From an uncultured Verrucomicrobiae bacterium (GTDB lineage: Bacteria > Verrucomicrobiota > Verrucomicrobiia > Chthoniobacterales > JAATET01), in NCBI GenBank assembly GCA_963719495.1, contig CAVRCI010000013.1, forward strand, positions 32,001 through 96,000: a stretch of 64,000 bases of DNA, in the 5' to 3' direction. Below, in pieces: positions 58,085 to 64,000 of this stretch; the first letter of the stretch is position 1; each line of letters begins with the position of its first letter. The notes beneath the pieces are model-generated. The model had not been told where the DNA came from. It did no database searches and worked only from the letters and a program-made list of their open reading frames with translations. The position numbers were made by a program, and so were the translations under genes.

Positions 58085-58607
58085 GATCACCGCCTCGCAT
58101 CTCGAGATCGCCGTTCGCGAACTCGCGCGCTTGACCGGCGAACGGAAGTTCATCGCAATCGGGCGAGCCACCCTCGCAATCACCGCACCGCCAGCCCTGA
58201 AAGGCATGGCCGTTTCTGACGACATCGATCTTTGGCCCCGGGACAACGAAAAGATTGCTCTGGACGAATCCATCGTTCAGCTCGGAGAGGGCGGCGAATT
58301 CCATGAAAAAAATGGATTTTATGTCGAGAGGGTCGGGAGTTGGACGCTGCTCACCCAACCAGTTGGGTGGGAGGATCGGGCCGAGGTCGTTCGGGTGGAC
58401 GACAGCACCGTCCAAGTGCTGTCGCTCATGGATCTCGCCTACAACAAGCTCGAAGCCGCCCGCACGAAAGACGCAGCCTTCTTCGAGGAGGCGTTTTCGA
58501 CCGGGCTCCTCACCGCCGCGGAGCTCCGAGCTTTCGTCGAGAAACACGCAACCACGCCAGACGTCCAGAAGACTCTGTTGGATCGGATCGATCGTTTCTC
58601 GGCGTAG
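58074..58607 (+). CDS. Nucleotidyltransferase-fold protein (DUF6036-like)
   Basis: FIAIG, SDDIDL (DxD), FHEKNGFYVE, PVGWEDR, DLAYNKLEAARTKD. Confidence 0.75.
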   Translation: MAIEITASHLEIAVRELARLTGERKFIAIGRATLAITAPPALKGMAVSDDIDLWPRDNEKIALDESIVQLGEGGEFHEKNGFYVERVGSWTLLTQPVGWEDRAEVVRVDDSTVQVLSLMDLAYNKLEAARTKDAAFFEEAFSTGLLTAAELRAFVEKHATTPDVQKTLLDRIDRFSA

Positions 58608-58631
58608 CGATCACTTTACCTCCTCGCGCCC

Positions 58632-59483
58632 ATGCCGACTCCACCAGCCCCGCCCCCGACCGCCCCCGTCATCGAAGTCCGCGACCTCGTCCGGAGATTC
58701 GGCGACCGCACCGTTCTCAGCGGCATCTCGTTCGACGTCCACCGCGGCGAGACCCTCACCATCATGGGCGGCTCGGGCTGCGGGAAATCCACCCTCCTGC
58801 GTCACATCGTCGGCATCCTCCAGCCGACGTCCGGATCGATCAAAATGTTCGGTCGGGAGACGACCGAACTGAGCCGCCCCGAACGCGACGCCCTCCGCCG
58901 CCGCTTCGGCATGAACTTCCAATTCGGTGCCCTCCTCCAATCTCTCACCGTCGCCGAAAACGTCGCCCTCCCGCTCCGCGAAAATTCCGACGTCGACGAC
59001 GGCATCATCGACCTCGTCGTGAAGCTCAAGCTCGAGCTCGTCGGTCTCACCGGATTCGAAAATCTCAAGCCCTCCGAGATCTCCGGCGGCATGCGCAAAC
59101 GCGTCGGCCTCGCCCGCGCCGTCGCCCTCGATCCCGAACTCCTCTTCTCCGACGAACCCACCTCCGGCCTCGACCCCATTATGACGGCCGTCATCGACGA
59201 ACTCACCCTCGACCTCACCCGCCGCCTCGACATGACAGCCGTCGTCGTCACCCACGACATGACGAGCGCCTTCCGCATCGCCACCAAGATGATCGTCCTT
59301 GGCGCGGGGCCGAAACAAGGCACCATCCTCGCCATGGGCACCCCCGACGAGATCCGCGCCTCGCCCGATCCCGAGGTCCAGCAATTCATCAACGGCCTGC
59401 CCGACGGCCCGATTCCCCTCCGCCTCGCCAAGGAAGACTACATCGATCGCCTGATCGGCAATCCCCATCCCGCCGTCAAATGA
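58632..59483 (+). CDS. mlaF: MlaF family ABC ATPase
   Basis: GGSGCGKS, ISGGMRKRVGLARA, DEPTSGLDP, VQQFINGLPDGP. Confidence 0.93.
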   Translation: MPTPPAPPPTAPVIEVRDLVRRFGDRTVLSGISFDVHRGETLTIMGGSGCGKSTLLRHIVGILQPTSGSIKMFGRETTELSRPERDALRRRFGMNFQFGALLQSLTVAENVALPLRENSDVDDGIIDLVVKLKLELVGLTGFENLKPSEISGGMRKRVGLARAVALDPELLFSDEPTSGLDPIMTAVIDELTLDLTRRLDMTAVVVTHDMTSAFRIATKMIVLGAGPKQGTILAMGTPDEIRASPDPEVQQFINGLPDGPIPLRLAKEDYIDRLIGNPHPAVK

Positions 59484-59502
59484 TCCCGCCGCCCGACCAC
59501 CC

Positions 59503-60519
59503 ATGAAGCGGACCTCCGATTGGCTCATCGCCCTCGCCGTGATCGCCTGCAGCGCCGCCCTCCTCGCCGCGCTCTCAATCGCCCTCACCGGGAATCCGTT
59601 CGCGACGCCCGACCGCACTCTCCGCGTGCGGCTCCCCGACATCACCGGCCTCCAGCCCAGTTCCCTGGTCAAATACGCCGGCGCTTCCGCCGGCACGATT
59701 CTCGAAGTCCGCGTCCTCACCCCCGCCGAGCGCCTCGCCGATCCCGACCCGGCCAACGCCATCGAGCTCACCCTCGCCATCTCCCCCAGCCTCCCCGAAC
59801 TCAACGAAGGAACCACCGCCTCGATCTCCGCGAATACCCTGCTCGCCGATAAGTTCATCCTCCTCGCCGCCGGCGATCCCGCCGCGCCCGTGCTCACGAA
59901 CGACGCCGTCATCCCCGGCACCGCCCCCACCACCATCGACAGCCTCGTCCGCACCATCGACCGATCGCTTCGCAGCCTCGACGGACTCCTGCCCACCGGC
60001 ACCGACGGCGTCCCCGCCCTCCTCGCAGAACTCCGCGACATCCTCACCGCCGCCCACACCCTCATCGATCAAGCGGGCGGGACACTCACCGGTGCCGACG
60101 GTCTCGTCACCTCGGCCGAAAAAACCCTCGGCGGGGCCAACCAGCTCATCGACGGAGCAACGACCACGCTGGCGACCGCCGACACCACCCTCAGAGAGTC
60201 GCGAACCCTGCTCACCGGCGACTCGAACAGCGCGCGCACCCTACTCGCCGACCTCACCTCCACCGCCGACGAACTCGACAGCTTGGCCACCCGTGCCCAG
60301 CGCCTCCTCACCACCAACACCGACAACATCGACGCCACTCTCGCCGACCTCCGCGTCACCTCCGCCAACCTCAAGGTCACCGCCACCTACGCCAAAGCGC
60401 TCGCCTTCGCGCTCACCGACCGACCCCAGCAGATCATTTGGGGCCCCGGCCGCAAGCAAATCAAAGTCCCCACCGAGCAGGAAATCCTAAGCGCCGACAA
60501 GCCCACCCCCCTCCGCTAA
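59503..60519 (+). CDS. mlaD: MlaD/MCE family protein with long helical tail
   Basis: N-terminal TM, TGLQPSSLVKYAG, LLADKFI; follows mlaF. Confidence 0.85.
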   Translation: MKRTSDWLIALAVIACSAALLAALSIALTGNPFATPDRTLRVRLPDITGLQPSSLVKYAGASAGTILEVRVLTPAERLADPDPANAIELTLAISPSLPELNEGTTASISANTLLADKFILLAAGDPAAPVLTNDAVIPGTAPTTIDSLVRTIDRSLRSLDGLLPTGTDGVPALLAELRDILTAAHTLIDQAGGTLTGADGLVTSAEKTLGGANQLIDGATTTLATADTTLRESRTLLTGDSNSARTLLADLTSTADELDSLATRAQRLLTTNTDNIDATLADLRVTSANLKVTATYAKALAFALTDRPQQIIWGPGRKQIKVPTEQEILSADKPTPLR

Positions 60520-60564
60520 ACCAATTCACCAATCATAAATCATAAATCGTAAATCATAGCTAAC

Positions 60565-61524
60565 ATGCCCCTCGTCGACCTCCCGCTAGCCGACCTTCAC
60601 CAATACCCCGGACGCAACCCGCGGCCCGCCGACTTCGACGCCTTCTGGGACGCCGGCCTGGCCGAGCTCGACACCCTCAAAGCCAACGTCACGCTCACTC
60701 CGGCCAGGTTTCAGACGCCCGCCGCCGATTGCTTCGACCTCCACTTCACCGGCGTCGGCGGCAGCCGCGTCTACGCGAAATACCTCCGACCCAAAGCATC
60801 CGATCCTCACGCCGCCGTCCTCCGCTTTCACGGCTACAGCGGAAACAGCGGCGATTGGTCCGACCACCTCACGTTTGTCGGGCTCGGGGCTAGCGTCGCC
60901 GCCCTGGACTGTCGCGGCCAGGGAGGCTCGAGCGAAGACCGCGGCGGGATCCACGGAGCCACCTGTTCCGGCCAGATCACCCGCGGCCTCGATGATGACG
61001 ACCCCGCCCGACTGCTCTTCCGGCAGATCTTTCTCGATACCGCCCAACTCGCCCGCATTGTCTCCGCGTTCGACGAAGTCGACCCCGCTCGCGTCGCCGC
61101 TTTCGGAGGCTCGCAAGGTGGCGCGTTGACTCTGGCCTGCGCCGCCCTCCACGAGCCGCTCAACCGCGCGTTTACCGTGAATCCATTCCTGTGCGACTAC
61201 CAACGCGTCTGGGAAATGGACCTCGCCAGCCACGCCTACGCCGATCTCGCCGTCTACTTCCGCCACTTCGACCCGCTCCACGACCGCGAGGACGCAATTT
61301 TCACCAAGCTCGGCTACATCGACGTCCAACACCTCGCGTCGCGCATCCACGCCCGCACCACCATGGCCACCGGCCTCATGGACCGCATCTGCCCGCCATC
61401 CTCCCAATTCGCGGCCTACAACAAGATCACAGCCCCAAAGGATCTCATCGTCTACCCCGACTTCGGCCACGAAAGCCTCCCCGGCTGCAACGACTCCGCC
61501 TACCAATTCCTGAAGGACCTTTAA
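60565..61524 (+). CDS. Acetylxylan esterase / cephalosporin-C deacetylase (CE7)
   Basis: PADFDAFW, FHGY, DCRGQ, GGSQGG, CPPSSQFAAYN, GHE. Confidence 0.93.
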   Translation: MPLVDLPLADLHQYPGRNPRPADFDAFWDAGLAELDTLKANVTLTPARFQTPAADCFDLHFTGVGGSRVYAKYLRPKASDPHAAVLRFHGYSGNSGDWSDHLTFVGLGASVAALDCRGQGGSSEDRGGIHGATCSGQITRGLDDDDPARLLFRQIFLDTAQLARIVSAFDEVDPARVAAFGGSQGGALTLACAALHEPLNRAFTVNPFLCDYQRVWEMDLASHAYADLAVYFRHFDPLHDREDAIFTKLGYIDVQHLASRIHARTTMATGLMDRICPPSSQFAAYNKITAPKDLIVYPDFGHESLPGCNDSAYQFLKDL

Positions 61525-61534
61525 GAAACCAACG

Positions 61535-61759
61535 TCACCGCGCCGCCCGAGCCCGGTCCAACCGCCGCGAGCTGTAGGGCCCAAACATCTGATCCTGCGC
61601 CGTCCGCACCTGCTCCCGCTTCGCCTCCGAAGGCGAAGCACACCCGCCAAGACCCAAAAACGCCGCAGCCAGCAGGGCACTCGAGGAACGGCGATTTACA
61701 ACCGCCGCACCAACCCAAAAGCGCTCGAAGAGCGCTTCAAATTGCAACCTCACCCTCAC
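61535..61759 (-). CDS. Putative small lipoprotein
   Basis: GTG start overlaps the upstream stop (GTGA); ...SALLAAAFLGLGG-CASPSEAKREQVR... lipobox. Confidence 0.5.
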   Translation of the reverse strand: MRVRLQFEALFERFWVGAAVVNRRSSSALLAAAFLGLGGCASPSEAKREQVRTAQDQMFGPYSSRRLDRARAAR

Positions 61760-61899
61760 CGGTAAAAGCTCACTCCATCGCGCCGCGTCGTCAGCACGTC
61801 CACCTGCCCCCGCGCCTGCTCCTGCGACGTCATCGGCTTCCGCTCCGTCGCGCACCCCGCCAACACCACACCCGCCAGTATCACGATCATCACTTTCAT
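61756..61899 (-). CDS. Small lipoprotein (47 aa)
   Basis: Not in the ORF track. MKVMIVILAGVVLAG-CATERKPMTSQEQARGQVDVLTTRRDGVSFYR*, with a canonical LAGC lipobox. Confidence 0.75.
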   Translation of the reverse strand: MKVMIVILAGVVLAGCATERKPMTSQEQARGQVDVLTTRRDGVSFYR

Positions 61900-62040
61900 A
61901 CCCCAACGCTAATCCACCACCCCTCCCACCGCAAACGAGAGTCCCACGACTCACGCCCGCCCCGCCGTGCGTCATAGCCGCCCCGCCGCTTGCATCCCCC
62001 GCCCGCGCGACCTACCGTCGCCCACTCGCAAAACAAGACC

Positions 62041-63228
62041 ATGGACAGCATTCTCGACCCGGCCCGCCTCGAAGGCATCGAATTTTCCAACGACGAAATC
62101 GCCCGCTACTCGCGGCATCTCATCATGCCCGAGGTCACGCTCGAAGGTCAGCGCAAGCTCAAGGCCGCCCGCGTCCTCTGCATCGGCACCGGCGGCCTCG
62201 GCTCGCCGATCGGCCTCTACCTCGCCGCCGCCGGCGTGGGCACCCTCGGCCTCGTCGACTGCGACGTCGTCGATTATTCGAATCTCCAACGCCAAATCCT
62301 CCACGGCACCAAGGACGTCGGCCGCAAAAAGATCAACTCCGCCCGCGACCGCATCAAGGACACCAACCCCAACGTCCAGGTCGAGCTCCACGACACGTTC
62401 TTCACCGCCGCCAATGCCGAGGAGATCGTCACGAACTACGACATCGTCATCGACGGCACCGACAATTTCCCCACCCGCTACCTGTCCAACGACATCTGCG
62501 TCTTCCTGAAAAAGCCCAACGTCTACGGCTCCATCTTCCGTTTCGACGGCCAGGCCACCGTCTTCGCCCCGCACCTCGGCGGCCCCTGCTACCGCTGCCT
62601 CTACCCCGAGCCCCCGCCGCCGGGCATGGTCCCGAGCTGCGCCGAAGGCGGCGTCCTCGGCGTCCTCCCCGGCATCGTCGGCGTCATCCAGGCCATCGAG
62701 GCCGTCAAACTCATCGTCGGCATCGGCGAACCGCTCATCGGTCGGCTCCTCCACTTCGACGCCCTCAAAATGGCCTTCCGCGAGTTCAAGGTCCGCAAAG
62801 ACCCAGCCTGCCCCGTCTGCAGCGAGAATCCGACCATTACCGAGCTCATCGATTACGACACGTTCTGCGGCATCCCGCAGGCCGCCGCCGCCGAGGAAGC
62901 CGAGGAGCCGCTCCCGGAGATCACCGTCGAAGAACTCAAGGCCCGACAGGACGCCGGCGACGATTTCGTCCTCCTCGACGTCCGCGAACCCTACGAATAC
63001 GACGTCGCCCGTATCCCGGGATCCAAGCTCATCCCATTAGGCGAACTCCCCGCCCGCCTCAGCGAACTCGACACCGCCGACGACATCGTCGTCCATTGCA
63101 AAATGGGAGCCCGCAGCGCCACCGCCGTCCGCGCCCTGCAGGACGCCGGATTCGCCAAGCTCCACAACGTCGAAGGCGGCATCCTGGCCTGGTCCGACCG
63201 CATCGACCCCACGGTCCCAAAATACTAA
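62041..63228 (+). CDS. moeB: Molybdopterin-synthase adenylyltransferase with rhodanese domain (MoeB/MoeZ)
   Basis: RYSRH, IGTGGLGSP, SNLQRQ, CYRC, CAEGGVLG, rhodanese LDVREP...HCKMGARS. Confidence 0.95.
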   Translation: MDSILDPARLEGIEFSNDEIARYSRHLIMPEVTLEGQRKLKAARVLCIGTGGLGSPIGLYLAAAGVGTLGLVDCDVVDYSNLQRQILHGTKDVGRKKINSARDRIKDTNPNVQVELHDTFFTAANAEEIVTNYDIVIDGTDNFPTRYLSNDICVFLKKPNVYGSIFRFDGQATVFAPHLGGPCYRCLYPEPPPPGMVPSCAEGGVLGVLPGIVGVIQAIEAVKLIVGIGEPLIGRLLHFDALKMAFREFKVRKDPACPVCSENPTITELIDYDTFCGIPQAAAAEEAEEPLPEITVEELKARQDAGDDFVLLDVREPYEYDVARIPGSKLIPLGELPARLSELDTADDIVVHCKMGARSATAVRALQDAGFAKLHNVEGGILAWSDRIDPTVPKY

Positions 63229-63509
63229 CAGCGCGAAGCGCGAAAACCCACCCCCGGAGGGCGAGGCTCCCGCAGAATGGATCGGCGTCCGAATAGAGAG
63301 AGGAAGTTGAGAGTTCATAGTTGAGAGCCGGAGCGAAGCGGAGACCGCCGAAGGCAATTGAATGCCTCAGGATCAACGATTTGCGGAGCCAAGGGCGTTC
63401 ACCTTCCAGGTGAACTCGTGATTCGACGCAAGTCGCTCATCCCCAACTCTCAACTCACAACTCTCAACTCCCCACTTTCCTTCTCAGGATAAATCGCGCG
63501 ACCCAACGC

Positions 63510-63834
63510 TCTTCCGACGGAAAAGCAGCGCGCCTCGACGCAGTGCCGCACCCGGTCGAAATACCGCGCCGGATATCCGAGCTCCTCCAGGATTTCGACC
63601 GCCCTGGTTCCCGCCAACGACGAAGCCGAAGCGCGATCTGGAGAATTCTTCGGCAACGACACGCAATCGTGCAGATACGCCGGCGGCTGCACAACCGCGA
63701 CCTCGGCACCCTCTTGCGAAGCGAAGCGCCGACGCGACAACCCGGCAAACGTGCGCGATCCCGTAAGCCGAGTCGGGCTGCGTGATCGCCGCCGACGCGT
63801 GCAGCCGTCTCCGCCATACATCCGGATCGATCAT
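63510..63834 (-). pseudogene. HD-domain phosphohydrolase (YedJ-like) fragment, frameshifted and truncated
   Basis: One frame gives MIDPDVW...DSAYGIAHVCRVVASALRFA; another gives QEGAEVAVVQPPAYLHDCVSLPKNSPDRASAS...HCVEARCFS. The expected downstream DADRLDALG half is absent. Confidence 0.7.
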
Positions 63835-63959
63835 GAAAAATCTTTTTCGGGGGCAACCAAAACGATCCCGCAAGTGCTCCGAGGCAGAAGATTCCCAAAA
63901 AAAACCACCGATCGGTCAGCCAGGATCATTCGTGGGAACCCCAGTTACCGTAAGAAAAA

Positions 63960-64000
63960 TGGTGGCTGAAGAGGGAATCGAACCCCCGACACGAGGATTT
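63960..64000 (-). tRNA. tRNA 3' half, probably tRNA-Phe (partial)
   Basis: AAATCCTCGTGTCGGGGGTTCGATTCCCTCTTCAGCCACCA gives the T-arm, acceptor 3' strand and CCA. The anticodon is mostly outside the window. Confidence 0.85.

Noticed and set aside
63716..63728. GCGAA duplication as the cause of the HD-gene frameshift
   Set aside because: Removing 5 bp does not join the two frames; a 1-bp insertion or 2-bp deletion is required.

Overview
High-GC bacterial chromosome segment, most likely Verrucomicrobiota (Chthoniobacterales-like). That call rests on a Verru_Chthon pilin-like cassette, a TIGR02597-like gene and three PEP-CTERM genes. The first 12.8 kb is an accessory region: cassette genes A, B and partial C, a divergent LacI regulator, a GH43, a LamG/BNR-4 secreted protein, a frameshifted LamG PEP-CTERM gene and a 5'-truncated second LacI-type gene, ending at tRNA-Glu. 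The rest is mostly housekeeping (gloA, ligA, prmA, a TrkH-family transporter, glnD, hisG, mqnD, pyrD, mnmE, recF, moaA/moaC/mog, mlaEFD, moeB) plus tRNA-Gly and a partial tRNA at the right edge. The main unexplained structures are: (1) a two-copy ~570-bp non-coding element with terminal inverted repeats and two long internal palindromes showing a compensatory base change; (2) a 60-bp near-perfect palindrome of similar build; (3) many REP-like, heptamer and nested intergenic repeats; (4) a putative toxin-antitoxin pair plus a MYG1-like gene splitting the mla operon; (5) patchy extreme C-skew that ignores gene orientation; (6) small genes missed by the ORF track. All family calls come from motif recognition by eye, not from database searches.
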